Assembly: GCA_028870995.1 (NCBI GenBank) | Contig: JAGWOI010000011.1 | Coordinates: forward strand, 5,373 to 69,372 | Reading direction: 5' to 3' | DNA: 64,000 nt | Source: Candidatus Omnitrophota bacterium | GTDB taxonomy: Bacteria; Omnitrophota; Gorgyraeia; Zapsychrales; Fredricksoniimonadaceae | Shown here: piece by piece, positions 1 to 10,720 of the stretch | How positions within the stretch are numbered: position 1 is the stretch's first letter | How the letters are laid out: each line of letters opens with the position of its first letter | The notes under the pieces: generated by a model | What the model saw: the letters and a program-made list of their open reading frames with translations, nothing else | What the model was told of the DNA's origin: nothing | Databases searched by the model: none | Translations under genes and position numbers: made by a program

Positions 1-1506
1 GTGCTGGTGACTTCCGGTCCGGGAGCCACCAATACCGTCACCGGTATCCTGACGGCGATGATGGATTCCGTGCCCATGATCGTGCTGACCGGACAGACCA
101 TTACTTCCATGTTAGGCAAGGACGCCTTCCAGGAAGCGGACATTGCCGGCATCACCATGCCTGTGGTGAAGCACAGCTACCTGGTCAAGAATACCAATGA
201 TATCCCGCGCATCATCAAGGAAGCCTGGCATATCTGCCAGACCGGGAGGCCGGGCCCGGTCCTTATCGATTTGCCCAAGGACATCACGTCAGGCACCTTT
301 ACCGGCGAGACCCTTGACCCGGAAATGGATATCCCGGGCTATAAAAAAGATATGCCGTCGCCCCATAAGGCCGATATTATCAAAATGGCCAAACTTTTTA
401 AAGGCAGCAAAAAGCCCTTATTGCTGGTTGGTCATGGCGCGGTGCTTTCCAAGGCCGGCCCTGCCATCAGGAAATTGGCGGAAAAGCTGCGCGCACCGGT
501 GACCAATACCCTCCTGGGCAAAGGCGAGTTCCCTGAGACCCACCCCCTTTCGCTGGGCATGCTGGGGATGCACGGCACGGCTTACGCCAACAAGGCGCTT
601 ATTAACTGCGATGTGATCCTGTCCATCGGTTCGCGCTGGGATGACCGCATCAACGGCAACAATAATGAGTTCTGCGTCAATGCCAAAAAGCTCCATATCG
701 ACGTGGATTTTGCCGAGATCAACAAGATCGTCAAACCCGATGCCTATGTGCTGGGCCAGGCCCGTGAAGCGGTGGAAGAACTGATCAAGCATGTCGGACC
801 TTTGGACACCGCCGCCTGGCTCCAGGAGTTGGACTATTATAAGAAAGAATTTCCTCTTAAATATAGCGCTGCCAACGGCCTCACCGCGCAGCAGGTCATC
901 GACACCTGTTACAAGACGACCAAGGGCCGTGCCATTGTGTCCACCGATGTGGGCCAACACCAGATGTGGGCCGCCCAATTCTATCTGTCGGACAAAGGCA
1001 ATTACTGGCTCTCCTCCGGCGGCGCCGGCACCATGGGTTATGGATTTCCGGCGGCCATCGGCGCCCAGTTCGCTGCCCCTAACGAACTCGTGGTGGCGAT
1101 TGTCGGCGACGGCGGTTTTCAAATGACCCTGTACGAATTGGCCACGGTGTTCGTGCACAAACTGCCCGTGAAGGTGCTTATTATCGACAATAAATATTTA
1201 GGCATGGTGCGCCAGTGGCAGGAACTGTTTTTCGATAACCGGTATTCCGGTGTCGACCTGGAAGGAAACCCGGATTTCGTGAAACTGGCTGAAAGCTACG
1301 GGGTCAAGGGCTTTCATATGAACAAGCCTGATCATTGTGAAGCTGTCATGCGTGAAGCCATGGCCTATAAAGGCCCCTGCCTCATCCATGCCGAGGTCAT
1401 CAAGGAAGACAACGTGTTTCCCATGATCCCGGCCGGAAAATCGGCGTACCATATGATCATCGAGAAACCGTCCCAGAAAATGGAAAAACCGACAGGATCG
1501 ACATAA
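1..1506 (+). CDS. ilvB: Acetolactate synthase large subunit (5'-truncated by window edge)
   Basis: TSGPGATN, GRPGPVLIDLPKD, DVGQHQMW, ThDP motif GDGGFQM...N, GMVRQWQ. Confidence 0.97.
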   Translation: MLVTSGPGATNTVTGILTAMMDSVPMIVLTGQTITSMLGKDAFQEADIAGITMPVVKHSYLVKNTNDIPRIIKEAWHICQTGRPGPVLIDLPKDITSGTFTGETLDPEMDIPGYKKDMPSPHKADIIKMAKLFKGSKKPLLLVGHGAVLSKAGPAIRKLAEKLRAPVTNTLLGKGEFPETHPLSLGMLGMHGTAYANKALINCDVILSIGSRWDDRINGNNNEFCVNAKKLHIDVDFAEINKIVKPDAYVLGQAREAVEELIKHVGPLDTAAWLQELDYYKKEFPLKYSAANGLTAQQVIDTCYKTTKGRAIVSTDVGQHQMWAAQFYLSDKGNYWLSSGGAGTMGYGFPAAIGAQFAAPNELVVAIVGDGGFQMTLYELATVFVHKLPVKVLIIDNKYLGMVRQWQELFFDNRYSGVDLEGNPDFVKLAESYGVKGFHMNKPDHCEAVMREAMAYKGPCLIHAEVIKEDNVFPMIPAGKSAYHMIIEKPSQKMEKPTGST

Positions 1507-1508
1507 CA

Positions 1509-2003
1509 ATGAACAAACTGCCCCTGCATACAATCAGTGTCTTAGTTGCCAATAAGCCGGGCGTTCTTGTCCGCATTGCGCTAGTGTTTGCCCGCCGCGG
1601 CTACAATATCGATTCCCTGGTGGTCTCTCCTACAGTCAACCCCAAATTCTCCCGCATGACCATCACGGCCAGGGGCGATACCGAGACCCTGGAGCAGATC
1701 ATCAAGAACGTCGCCAAACTGGTGGATGTCATCCACTGCGAAGAGCACCCGGCCAATACGGTGGAAAAGGAGCTGGCCCTGCTTAAGACCAAGGCCTCTC
1801 CCGCCGTTAAAGCTTTTGTGACGAAGAATGCCCGTAAGTTCCATGTGCGCATCGACGACACCAGTGACGGCTTTTACATCATCGAGCAAACCGGAACCAC
1901 CGACGAACTCGACGAATTCGAAGGTCTCCTCAAGAAATTCGGCATCCCTGAAATGATCCGTACCGGTAAAATATTGATCACCCGCGGCAAGCAGACCACC
2001 TAG
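1509..2003 (+). CDS. ilvN: Acetolactate synthase small regulatory subunit
   Basis: ACT domain NKPGVLVRIALVFARRGYNIDSL; directly after ilvB. Confidence 0.95.
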   Translation: MNKLPLHTISVLVANKPGVLVRIALVFARRGYNIDSLVVSPTVNPKFSRMTITARGDTETLEQIIKNVAKLVDVIHCEEHPANTVEKELALLKTKASPAVKAFVTKNARKFHVRIDDTSDGFYIIEQTGTTDELDEFEGLLKKFGIPEMIRTGKILITRGKQTT

Positions 2004-2007
2004 CCCC

Positions 2008-2439
2008 CTAGGGGCGGGGCGCAGGACGGTCCTTCAGACTGCAAGGCAGGATTTTAGGCAGCTCTTTGGGCGGCAGGATCACGAGGGCAATGTCAATAAA
2101 ATCCTCTGCCCTCTCGATCGAAGATATCCGGCAACGTTCATTATCCACGCCCTCATGCTCGATTCCCAAATACTGGACCACCGCCGCCTTGAGCGCATCC
2201 AATTCCAGATAAAGAATGAATTGTGCTTCTTCATCGTCGTTAAGGCCAAGGGCGGAGACAAGCATCCTGAAATCAAGATCCAGCACTTCTTCCAGGGATT
2301 GGCCGCGGCAAAAGGCGGACAGCCTCTTGCCCCCGCCGATTTCACTGGAACAAGTGATCTTGGCAAAATCAAAAGCAACCACACGCTCATTTAAATCCAA
2401 GCGCAGGTTCAAACCTGATGAACTATCGGAACAGGGCAT
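2008..2439 (-). CDS. Hypothetical protein, possibly a divergent IscU/SufU-like fold
   Basis: PCSD...ITCSSEI...RGQSLEEV...LELDALKAAVVQY parallels IscU PACGD...GCGSAI...KGKSLDEA...LAEDAIKAAIADY. Confidence 0.55.
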   Translation of the reverse strand: MPCSDSSSGLNLRLDLNERVVAFDFAKITCSSEIGGGKRLSAFCRGQSLEEVLDLDFRMLVSALGLNDDEEAQFILYLELDALKAAVVQYLGIEHEGVDNERCRISSIERAEDFIDIALVILPPKELPKILPCSLKDRPAPRP

Positions 2440-2459
2440 GGATCTTAGTATACACTAAT

Positions 2460-3794
2460 TCACCGGGTTGGCAAAGAACCAAGCAGCTTGGCGGCCTGGG
2501 CATCGTCCGGATCAAAGAAGAGGCAGCGGCTTAAGAAAAGACGCGCCCTGGAGAAATCCTTGTAAATATAATAATGGATCCCCAGCGTCCTTAACGTTTC
2601 TGGATAAACAGGATTTAAAGTCAACGCACGCCTCAGAAAGGCAAGGCTTTGCTGTTCCTCTCCCTGGTCATGGGCCACCACGGCCAGCGCATCAAGGCTG
2701 TCCACATCCAACGGATCCACGGAGAGGGCTTGGCCGAAATAGCGGGCGGCGCCGGGCAGGTCCCCACGCTTAAAACAGATCATGCCCAGCCGCCGCAGCC
2801 ACATGGCTTTGATGAGGGGATTAAGGGAACGTCTGGCCATCTTTTTAACAGCGGGGATGTCGTCATCGTACTTCATCAACAATTGCTGGTCAATCACGGT
2901 ATGGGGCCACCATTCCAGGCTGCGGGTATGGCGCAGCAGGATCTCTTCGGTTGACCAGAACCGGCCTTGATAAAAGCTGACGGCGGTAAAAAGAAAAAGA
3001 AATACAATAACCCGCCTCGCCGGCCATTGCGCCACCCATAGGCAAAAGCCGGCCGATGTAAAATAAAAGATATGCCCTATCAGGATATTGCCCTGCTTGG
3101 GGACAATAGACCAGATGACGGCAAGGGGCAGGACACCGATGAACAGCCACCAGCCGCAAAATCGATTGAGACCCCGGACCTGGCCTTTGATGTAATAATA
3201 AATCAAAAGAGCGTAGAGAACGTAAGAAAGGGCGACTTCCCGGCTCAAGGCGGCCAGGCCCAGGCATATAAAAGCAAGGAGATGGCCTTGCTTGAATCCC
3301 GTTTTGAGAGACCTGGTCAAAAAAATCAATCCCATGAAACCGAACAAGGCGCTTAACTCATCCCCCCGCCCTGTCACATAACGCACCACCCACTCCTGGG
3401 ACGGCAAAAGGCCAAACAACAAGGCCGCCTTCAGCGCCAGCGACGGCTGGTTGAAGATCATCAGGAACAAGGTATAAATCAAAAGACAATTCAAAACGTG
3501 GATCAAGAGATTTATATACTGATAACCGCAGGCCTTCAGGCCGAATAGACGGTAGTCCAATATCCATGATGATTCCAACAAGGGCCGGTAATACCCGAAC
3601 TTGATGTAGCCCGATGAGGCACTGGCATCGAACAGGCGTGAGGTCCAAATACGTGAATACAACGAGGGGTTTTTGATCAGCGGATTGCGGACGACCGTGT
3701 AGTAATCATCCAAAACAAATTGAGCGTCACGGTGGGGCCAATAGACCGCCAGGCAGGCAACCGCCAACAGGGATGCAACGATCCAGATTTTCAC
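2460..3794 (-). CDS. TMTC-like GT-C membrane glycosyltransferase with C-terminal TPRs
   Basis: FVLDD..V..NP, YYRPL, NLLIHVLN, VTGR motifs; multiple TM helices; TPR repeats at C-terminus. Confidence 0.75.
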   Translation of the reverse strand: MKIWIVASLLAVACLAVYWPHRDAQFVLDDYYTVVRNPLIKNPSLYSRIWTSRLFDASASSGYIKFGYYRPLLESSWILDYRLFGLKACGYQYINLLIHVLNCLLIYTLFLMIFNQPSLALKAALLFGLLPSQEWVVRYVTGRGDELSALFGFMGLIFLTRSLKTGFKQGHLLAFICLGLAALSREVALSYVLYALLIYYYIKGQVRGLNRFCGWWLFIGVLPLAVIWSIVPKQGNILIGHIFYFTSAGFCLWVAQWPARRVIVFLFLFTAVSFYQGRFWSTEEILLRHTRSLEWWPHTVIDQQLLMKYDDDIPAVKKMARRSLNPLIKAMWLRRLGMICFKRGDLPGAARYFGQALSVDPLDVDSLDALAVVAHDQGEEQQSLAFLRRALTLNPVYPETLRTLGIHYYIYKDFSRARLFLSRCLFFDPDDAQAAKLLGSLPTR

Positions 3795-4909
3795 CGTTTA
3801 TGCCCGCCTAAAAGGGCCCCCAGAATGTTGACACCCTCTTCCACCAAAGCCTTGCGCTCCATTTTCCTGAAATCCTTGCTCAATTTATACCTTAAATGGG
3901 GTATGCGTCCGGTAAGACTTGCCTGCAGGGCTATGCACCGGCTGCCGTCAGTCAAATATTTTAGTCCTCCGAACTGATCGATCAAACCGGCGGAAATATC
4001 CTGGTTTATGTGCACCACGGTCTGCATGTCGGTATTCAATTCCTGGTCGATGAGCCCATGAGCCCTCAATTCCAGAATATTGGTCCGGATCAAAAAATCA
4101 TCGATGGAAACTGCCTGGGGAGGCAGGGAGAAACGGACCTCGGCCTTATCAATGAAGGTATCCGGCATGCTCAACTGCGGTACGTTTAAAAGATTGTCAA
4201 TATGCCCGCCCACAAAATTGCCGAGCGCCCGGGAAAGTAAGATTTTAATGATATTAAAATTCTTGATAACAGCGCCGGTGATAAGGACGTGGCCGGGTTC
4301 AAGCGTCCCATTGACGCCTGTGGTCCAGATATCGAGATAATTCCTCGGGTTTTGGTCAATAAAGGAAATAGCGCCATCCTGAATGGTTATGGGGATTTGC
4401 ATGAGCCCCTGGAGATCATTCTTGAATACCGCTCTCGAACCTCCGCCCATCTTGGCCGGTACAACGGGAGGGACAGGACCGGCATGATGGGAAAAATGAT
4501 TTCCAAAGGCGCCGAGACTACGGGCATTTATCTTCCCTTGTTCATCAACGATAAAGTGAATTTGCGGCGATCGTAAAATGATTTCGACGGCACGAAATTC
4601 CCGGTGATAGATGAGGGATTTCCAATCAACCGCAACACTCACCCTGTCTATCTTAACGAACGGCTGCCTGGTGAAGGCCGGATCATCGCCAACAGTGACC
4701 GGCCCCAGATCAAGGGTCATGCCTTTCCATGACAAGCCTATGCCGGCGTGACCGACGGAAACCCTCCTGCCCAGCGCCACCGAGGCTTTTTGATCAAATT
4801 GGGGGAAATACCGGTCTAAATCAAAAGTCTGCAAGAATATAAAAAGCGCAGTGACAGCAATAAGTACCAGGCCCAAGAGAACAGACAAAAGGATTTTTAT
4901 AATTTTCAT
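3791..4909 (-). CDS. AsmA-family protein
   Basis: N-terminal TM anchor, then 'ASVALGRRVSVG', 'GDDPAFTRQPFVKIDRVSV', typical of the AsmA N-terminus. Confidence 0.75.
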   Translation of the reverse strand: MKIIKILLSVLLGLVLIAVTALFIFLQTFDLDRYFPQFDQKASVALGRRVSVGHAGIGLSWKGMTLDLGPVTVGDDPAFTRQPFVKIDRVSVAVDWKSLIYHREFRAVEIILRSPQIHFIVDEQGKINARSLGAFGNHFSHHAGPVPPVVPAKMGGGSRAVFKNDLQGLMQIPITIQDGAISFIDQNPRNYLDIWTTGVNGTLEPGHVLITGAVIKNFNIIKILLSRALGNFVGGHIDNLLNVPQLSMPDTFIDKAEVRFSLPPQAVSIDDFLIRTNILELRAHGLIDQELNTDMQTVVHINQDISAGLIDQFGGLKYLTDGSRCIALQASLTGRIPHLRYKLSKDFRKMERKALVEEGVNILGALLGGHKR

Positions 4910-4922
4910 GAATGGGGAAAAG

Positions 4923-5858
4923 TTACCGGTCCAGTTTGTCCCTCATCTGCTGCTCTTCATCGGCGATACGCTGCCGGATCATTGCCTGCTGATCCTCCTG
5001 CTTTTGATGCTGTTCGTAAATCACGTCCCGGTCATGCTGCAGGCTGTCTTCGGCTTTTACCCTGGCATCGGCCAATTTATCACGAGCCTCCTCCAAAAGC
5101 TCCCTGCTTTTTTGTTCTCCGTTGGCAACCCTACGCATATCTTCCTGCTCTTTGTCCAAAAGGCTCCTGACGCGCTCCCTGAACATGTCCTGCTGTTCAT
5201 AATTTCCATAGGAAAGATTGCCCATGCCATAAAGCTGACCCTGGATTTCGCCGACCCCCTTGTTGACCCGCTGGTTGTACTCGTCCACCTTATTAAAAAG
5301 CGCGGAAGCCTGGTTTTGAAACATATCATAATGCTGTTGGATGGTGTTGAAGGAGTCATTGGTATTCATATTGGCCAGATCGATCTGCTGGGCCAGCCGC
5401 TGCCGCTCTTTCGTTAACTGGTTGTTGAAGGCAATCAGCTGCCGTCCCTGCTCGACCAAAAGGCGCTGCTTATCTTGTATCCCGGAGACCGCCTCCTTAA
5501 GTTGCAAGATGTCCCGGTCCTTATCCCTGCCTTCTCTTTTGGCTTCAAGCAAAACCGCGTTAGCGTTCCTGCTGGCGCTGTCCAACACTGCTTGTTGGTC
5601 GGCCAGCGCGTCCATGATCTTGGTCTGTTCCAAGGAGATATCGTCCATCTGCCGGCGGACCTGCATCAAGCCGCTGTTGACCGCCACATTGATCTGCTGG
5701 GATTTCTTCTCATTAGTTGTCTCGACATTGGTGTAGCCGACGCTGTCCATGGCGATTTTTAACGGATGGATGGGCTTGCGCAATTGCGGGAAATAGCTGA
5801 AAACCCCTGCCAGCAAGGCCACGATCAACAGGCAGAAAAAAGTCATTTGGATAAGCAT
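4923..5858 (-). CDS. Membrane-anchored coiled-coil hypothetical protein
   Basis: N-terminal hydrophobic helix; Q/E/R-rich heptad sequence. Confidence 0.7.
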   Translation of the reverse strand: MLIQMTFFCLLIVALLAGVFSYFPQLRKPIHPLKIAMDSVGYTNVETTNEKKSQQINVAVNSGLMQVRRQMDDISLEQTKIMDALADQQAVLDSASRNANAVLLEAKREGRDKDRDILQLKEAVSGIQDKQRLLVEQGRQLIAFNNQLTKERQRLAQQIDLANMNTNDSFNTIQQHYDMFQNQASALFNKVDEYNQRVNKGVGEIQGQLYGMGNLSYGNYEQQDMFRERVRSLLDKEQEDMRRVANGEQKSRELLEEARDKLADARVKAEDSLQHDRDVIYEQHQKQEDQQAMIRQRIADEEQQMRDKLDR

Positions 5859-5862
5859 GTCG

Positions 5863-7908
5863 TTAACCTCCCCCTGGCCTGGTTAATTCCTGTTCAAGAA
5901 CATCGGCGTTGCCGACAGGTGGACGGCAGGCTCCCCGGCGGCAGATCAGCGCCCGCGGTGACGGCCCCGGCACGAGTTTCACCGCTTTGAAAGGGATAAA
6001 GTGTTTATATAATATTTTAATCATCCCGTCGATAGTCCTGTCGTCGCGGCGGCCTTCGAAGGTGATTTCCAAAGGGCCGTACACTTGCCAACCCAGGGCA
6101 GAAAGCAAGAAGCTGTACGCCTGCGGCGCCTGGGATACCGTCGCAGCAAAGCAGCCAAGCAAAGCTTCCAGCCTCACTCGATAAGGCTCCTGTCCGGTCA
6201 GGGCATAAAGCCTGGCGAGGCACAAGGCGGCCACTGAATTTCCTGAAGGTATTGCCCCGTCGTAAATATCCTTGGGACGCATGATCAAATCTTCAGCGTC
6301 CTTTGGCGTCATAAAAAAACCTCCGGCAGGGTCTGCAAAAAGCTCGATCATGGCCTCCGCCAGGCGTTGAGCTGACGCGAAGTACTCCGGCTCAAAGGCG
6401 GCCTCATCAAGGGCCAGCAGGCCGTAAATCAAGAACGCATAATCATCAAGGGTTGCGGCAATGCCGGCCTCCCCCCCGCGCCAGCGGTGCCACAGCCTTC
6501 CGGCATTTTCACCTCCTGCGGAAAAATGGGTCAGAATAAAATCAGCGGCCTTGCGTGCCGCGTGAATATACTTAGGTTCGTCCAAAACGCGGCCTGCCAG
6601 GGCGAAACTTGCCAGCATCAGACCGTTCCAGTCGCACAGGACCTTGTCATCCTTGTGCGGCCGGGGCCGTTGATCGCGCCGCATTAAAAGCTTGGATCTT
6701 GCTTCTATAAGTATAGCTTGGATTTCACCGCTTTGCCTTTGAAATTTAGCCGCTGCTTCTTCGGCTGTATGCGCCAGATACAGAATATTCTTCCCAAGAA
6801 ACTCCCCGTGGGGATCGATCCTGGCGTTACCTTCAGGCAGGATGCCGTAACAATAATTGAAAACCTCCGTCTGTTGAGGGCCCAAAACTTCAAGGATTTC
6901 AGGCGCCGCAAACGTATAAAAAGCACCCTCCTTCGGATGCCCGGCTTCCAGGCTGTCCGCGTCCTCGGCACAATAAAAACCGCCGGCCTCACTCGTCATA
7001 TCGCGCAATACATAATCAAGGATGCTCCGGGCGATCGCGGCATGCTCTGAGAAACCTGTGGCCTGATACGCTTCCAAGTAGGCCATGGACAACAAGGCCT
7101 GGTCATAAAGCATTTTCTCAAAATGCGGCACCTGCCAATAAGGATCGGTTGAATAACGGTGGAAGCCGCCGCCCAGATGGTCCCAGATGCCGCCCCGGGC
7201 CATGGCCTTCAAGGTTTTGTCAGCCATCTCCAGGGCTTCAGGCGCTCTTTCGGCGTGGTGATAGCGTAGCAGGAACGACAGTTGATGCCCCATGGGGAAC
7301 TTGGGAGCGGATCCGAAGCCTGCATTAAGGGGATCAAACTGCCTTTTCATCTGGTCTAAAGCGCGGTCCAATACGTCCTGCCCCATGGCCCCTCGCGGCC
7401 CCTCCCTCTCATGGCGCCCCAGCTCTTGGGCAATCGAACGGCCGGAAGATAAAATATTCTCCCGGTCCTTCTGCCATGCCGCAGCAATGGAATGAAGCAG
7501 ATCAATAAAACCGACACTTCCCCATTTGGCATAAGGGGGAAAATACGTGCCTCCGTAGAACGGCTCCCTCCGGGGTGTCAGGAAGACCGTCAAAGGCCAT
7601 CCGCCCTGGCCGGTCATGGCCGTGGTTGCCGTCATATAAATGTGGTCGATGTCAGGGCGCTCTTCGCGGTCCACCTTGACGGCCACGAAATGTTCGTTGA
7701 TGATCCCGGCTATCGCCTCATCTTCGAAACTTTCATGGGCCATGACATGGCACCAGTGGCAGGTTGAATATCCGATCGACAGCAAAACCGGCTTATTTTC
7801 CCGTCGGGCCTTATCGAAGGCAGCCGCACCCCAAGGGTACCAGTCCACGGGATTATGGGCATGCTGCAGCAAATAAGGGCTCTTTTCGTCGATCAGTTGA
7901 TTTGGCAT
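5863..7908 (-). CDS. Thioredoxin-domain protein, YyaL/SSP411 (DUF255) family
   Basis: [43 protein letters not shown]. Confidence 0.95.
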   Translation of the reverse strand: MPNQLIDEKSPYLLQHAHNPVDWYPWGAAAFDKARRENKPVLLSIGYSTCHWCHVMAHESFEDEAIAGIINEHFVAVKVDREERPDIDHIYMTATTAMTGQGGWPLTVFLTPRREPFYGGTYFPPYAKWGSVGFIDLLHSIAAAWQKDRENILSSGRSIAQELGRHEREGPRGAMGQDVLDRALDQMKRQFDPLNAGFGSAPKFPMGHQLSFLLRYHHAERAPEALEMADKTLKAMARGGIWDHLGGGFHRYSTDPYWQVPHFEKMLYDQALLSMAYLEAYQATGFSEHAAIARSILDYVLRDMTSEAGGFYCAEDADSLEAGHPKEGAFYTFAAPEILEVLGPQQTEVFNYCYGILPEGNARIDPHGEFLGKNILYLAHTAEEAAAKFQRQSGEIQAILIEARSKLLMRRDQRPRPHKDDKVLCDWNGLMLASFALAGRVLDEPKYIHAARKAADFILTHFSAGGENAGRLWHRWRGGEAGIAATLDDYAFLIYGLLALDEAAFEPEYFASAQRLAEAMIELFADPAGGFFMTPKDAEDLIMRPKDIYDGAIPSGNSVAALCLARLYALTGQEPYRVRLEALLGCFAATVSQAPQAYSFLLSALGWQVYGPLEITFEGRRDDRTIDGMIKILYKHFIPFKAVKLVPGPSPRALICRRGACRPPVGNADVLEQELTRPGGG

Positions 7909-7920
7909 TTCGAACGTCGA

Positions 7921-10641
7921 TTATTTAGCGTTGGTATCGAACAGGTCCAATGCTTTGGAAATATAATCCTGGCGGGCTTCCGACGGGTTTTGCGGTAGGA
8001 CCGCCGTGGTCGGAGTATTGGCGGACAATGATTTCTGGCGGGCCTTGTCCAAGTATTCTTCGGTATGTTTATAGCCGGGAAGAATATCATCCACATCTTT
8101 GAATCGATTGGCCGCCTGGGCATAGTCACCGGACCGGTATAAACTCAGCGCTTGTTCATAAAGGGACTCAACGCCTTGCTGCAATTGCTTGTGCAAAGAC
8201 TCACGCCGGAGCTCTACAGAAGCAACTGCCGCCGGCTTGGGCAATGGTGCCGGCTGGATCTTAGCTACGGGTTTGGCGGCAACCGGTGGTTCGGCGACGG
8301 CTTTGACAACAGGCTTGGCGACAGGCTTGGCAACAGGTTTGGCGACCGGCTTGGCCGCAGGTTTGACAATAACAGGGGCAAGGTGAAACGATTCGGTCGA
8401 TTTAGGAGGAGCAGGCAGATTTTTAATCTTACGGAAACGGTACATCTCCTCCTGTTCATGCAGCTTCTTTTGACGCTCGATGCGCTTTCTTTCTTGGCGT
8501 TCGCGTTCAAACTCCTGGGCCTTGAGCATCTCTTCCTTGCGCCATTGCTTTAAACGATTGTCTTCAAAAATCTTTTTCTGATGTTCCAGCTCTTCAGTCA
8601 ATTTCTTTTGCCGCTCGTGCTCGCGTTCCTGGATAAGGGCCAATTTGCGCTGGGCGTTGATTTGGTCTCTCAAAAAGGCCGTACGCTCCATGGCCTGGGC
8701 CTCCTGGGCCCTTAAAAGCTGCTGCGTAATGGCCCGGTCCACCTTTTTGAGCCAGATCTCCCCCCGCCGGTCATGCTGGCTGGCCAACTCGCCGAAAAGA
8801 AGCCTGGCCTGGGAATATTGGCGGCGGCTGTAACAGACCACCCCCTCGTTGAATAAGCTATTCTGTTCCTGAAGGATCTCACGCTGCTTATAAATATCCG
8901 CCTGGCGGGAAGGCTGAATCGAGGCCATCAGTTGTTTTTCCTTGACCGCGTCGGCATCCACGGGCGCCTGCTCTATTTTCAGCTGCTGCCTGGCCAGGGA
9001 ATCGCGGCGCTGCATGGTTTCCCGGTACAATTGCTGGGCCCGCTCTATTTTTCCCTGCTGCATGGCGATCTGCGCCTTAAGCTGTGTCAAGGCATCGACG
9101 GTGCCCTGCAATTCGGCAAATTTCTTTTTCATGCCTTCATAATCCTGCTGGCGGGAAAGGCGGATGATATCGTCATTGATGGCCGAAGCCTTTTGCGTAA
9201 GTTCTTTTAATGAAGCCTGCTGCTCATCTTGTATGCGGCGCTCTTTTTCCTGCTCCTGCTGTTGGTGCTGCAGCTGGGCGGCGACTTCCTCATATTGCAT
9301 TTGCCTTAGACGCAGAGCATCCTGGCGCTGGTGTTCATTGATCGCCTCCTGGCTCTCTTTTTTCAAGGCTTCATCAATGGCCCACAGCTTCCGGCGGGTC
9401 TCTTTGTAATCAGGCCAAAGATGATCCACCTGTAAGAATTTAGCCTTGGCATTGGCATAATCGCGGGCGCTTAAATAATCCAGCCCCTGCCTGTACATGG
9501 CCTCCACCTCGGACTTAAGCTCCTGCTGATACCGGCGCTGCTTGTTGACTTTTAGATTATTCAGGATCTGGTCCACCTGCGCCATTTTGGCCTTGGTCTG
9601 GATGGTTGATTGATCGTCGGCTATATCGGCAATCTGATGATAAAGTTCTGATGACTGCTTGGCCAGATCATCGATCTGCTGGGCCTGTTTCTGTTTATCC
9701 GCAAGGGAATTTACCGTTTTTACGGCTGCCGGCGGAGCTGGCGGTACTGTGGGTTCCGGCTTTACTTCCGACCTGGCAGGGACCGGTGCCGGTGCCGCCT
9801 GCCTGGCTATTAGAGCATCAATTTTTTTCAAATATCCTTCGGTGCTCTTAAAATCAGGAAATATCTTTTCCACGGATTCAAATTGGGTTTTAGACTCCTG
9901 CCACTGATGGGCGCGATAGGACTCCAGGGCCGTGCGGTAGATCTTCAATGCCTGGTCTTCCTTTTCTTTCAATTCCAAGGCCCGCCGGTGCTCCTCGGCC
10001 GCCCGCTGTTGGTCGACCTTCCATTGCCCAATACGCTTGATGTATCTTCTTGTCCCCTTAAAATCCGGATAAACCTCTTCCAACTCATTAAATTTCTGCA
10101 GGGCCTCATCCATATTCTTCTTACCATACAAATCAAGGGCCTGCCTGTATAAGGACTGGGCTTTTTGATCAAGAGCTTCCACTTGAAGTCGCCGTTGGGC
10201 CTCTAAAGCCTCTTCACGCCGCATCCGGTCCTGCCGCTGCTGTAATTCGGTTTGTTCCTGTTTGAGGGCCTGCTGACGGCGTTGAATGTCCTGCTGTTGC
10301 AGGTGCTGCCGCTCCTGTTGCTGCTGTAAGGCCTTCTGTTGAGTCTGAAGATCCAGCTGCTGTTTGTTCGATTGATTTTGAGGCAAAGCAGCTTTAGGCA
10401 CACTGGGAGGACGGGCTTGGGCCAATTGGGTGGCTTTTTCAAAATAGCTGCTGGCCTCGTCGAGCTTGCCCTCGTTGATCAGCTCCATGCCCTTTTGGTA
10501 ATATTCATGGGCCTTTTCCTGGTTTGCATCGGTCAGGGATGAACCATTGGCTTCAGAAGGGGCGGAGTCGGCAAAAACCGACAGGCTGTTTAGGCAGAAA
10601 AAGAGAGATAATATAGATAAAAAAAACAATACCCTCTTCAT
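7921..10641 (-). CDS. Large secreted TPR/coiled-coil protein
   Basis: Signal peptide from MKRVLFF (10641); repeated 'LYxQALxxY...F..V....PDYK.T..YL' TPR-like units separated by Q/E-rich coils and Pro/Ala linkers. Confidence 0.8.
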   Translation of the reverse strand: MKRVLFFLSILSLFFCLNSLSVFADSAPSEANGSSLTDANQEKAHEYYQKGMELINEGKLDEASSYFEKATQLAQARPPSVPKAALPQNQSNKQQLDLQTQQKALQQQQERQHLQQQDIQRRQQALKQEQTELQQRQDRMRREEALEAQRRLQVEALDQKAQSLYRQALDLYGKKNMDEALQKFNELEEVYPDFKGTRRYIKRIGQWKVDQQRAAEEHRRALELKEKEDQALKIYRTALESYRAHQWQESKTQFESVEKIFPDFKSTEGYLKKIDALIARQAAPAPVPARSEVKPEPTVPPAPPAAVKTVNSLADKQKQAQQIDDLAKQSSELYHQIADIADDQSTIQTKAKMAQVDQILNNLKVNKQRRYQQELKSEVEAMYRQGLDYLSARDYANAKAKFLQVDHLWPDYKETRRKLWAIDEALKKESQEAINEHQRQDALRLRQMQYEEVAAQLQHQQQEQEKERRIQDEQQASLKELTQKASAINDDIIRLSRQQDYEGMKKKFAELQGTVDALTQLKAQIAMQQGKIERAQQLYRETMQRRDSLARQQLKIEQAPVDADAVKEKQLMASIQPSRQADIYKQREILQEQNSLFNEGVVCYSRRQYSQARLLFGELASQHDRRGEIWLKKVDRAITQQLLRAQEAQAMERTAFLRDQINAQRKLALIQEREHERQKKLTEELEHQKKIFEDNRLKQWRKEEMLKAQEFERERQERKRIERQKKLHEQEEMYRFRKIKNLPAPPKSTESFHLAPVIVKPAAKPVAKPVAKPVAKPVVKAVAEPPVAAKPVAKIQPAPLPKPAAVASVELRRESLHKQLQQGVESLYEQALSLYRSGDYAQAANRFKDVDDILPGYKHTEEYLDKARQKSLSANTPTTAVLPQNPSEARQDYISKALDLFDTNAK
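8297..8366 (-). repeat. Imperfect 12-bp tandem repeat encoding (KPVA)n linker
   Basis: acaggcttggcg-like units; KPAA-KPVA-KPVA-KPVA-KPVV-KAVA. Confidence 0.85.
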
Positions 10642-10720
10642 ATTAGAAAATATTCTATCATACCTATAAGCCCCATCCAGCACTTTCTCCTCTATTTTGC
10701 TGCTTATATCGAACTGATAC

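Noticed and set aside
4446-4492. Short imperfect hairpin in the AsmA linker
   Set aside because: Only two 6-bp helices in GC-rich sequence and no TSD; likely chance.
8297-8366. Tandem repeats as a CRISPR array or contingency locus
   Set aside because: In-frame degenerate 12-bp coding repeats with no spacers and no cas genes nearby.
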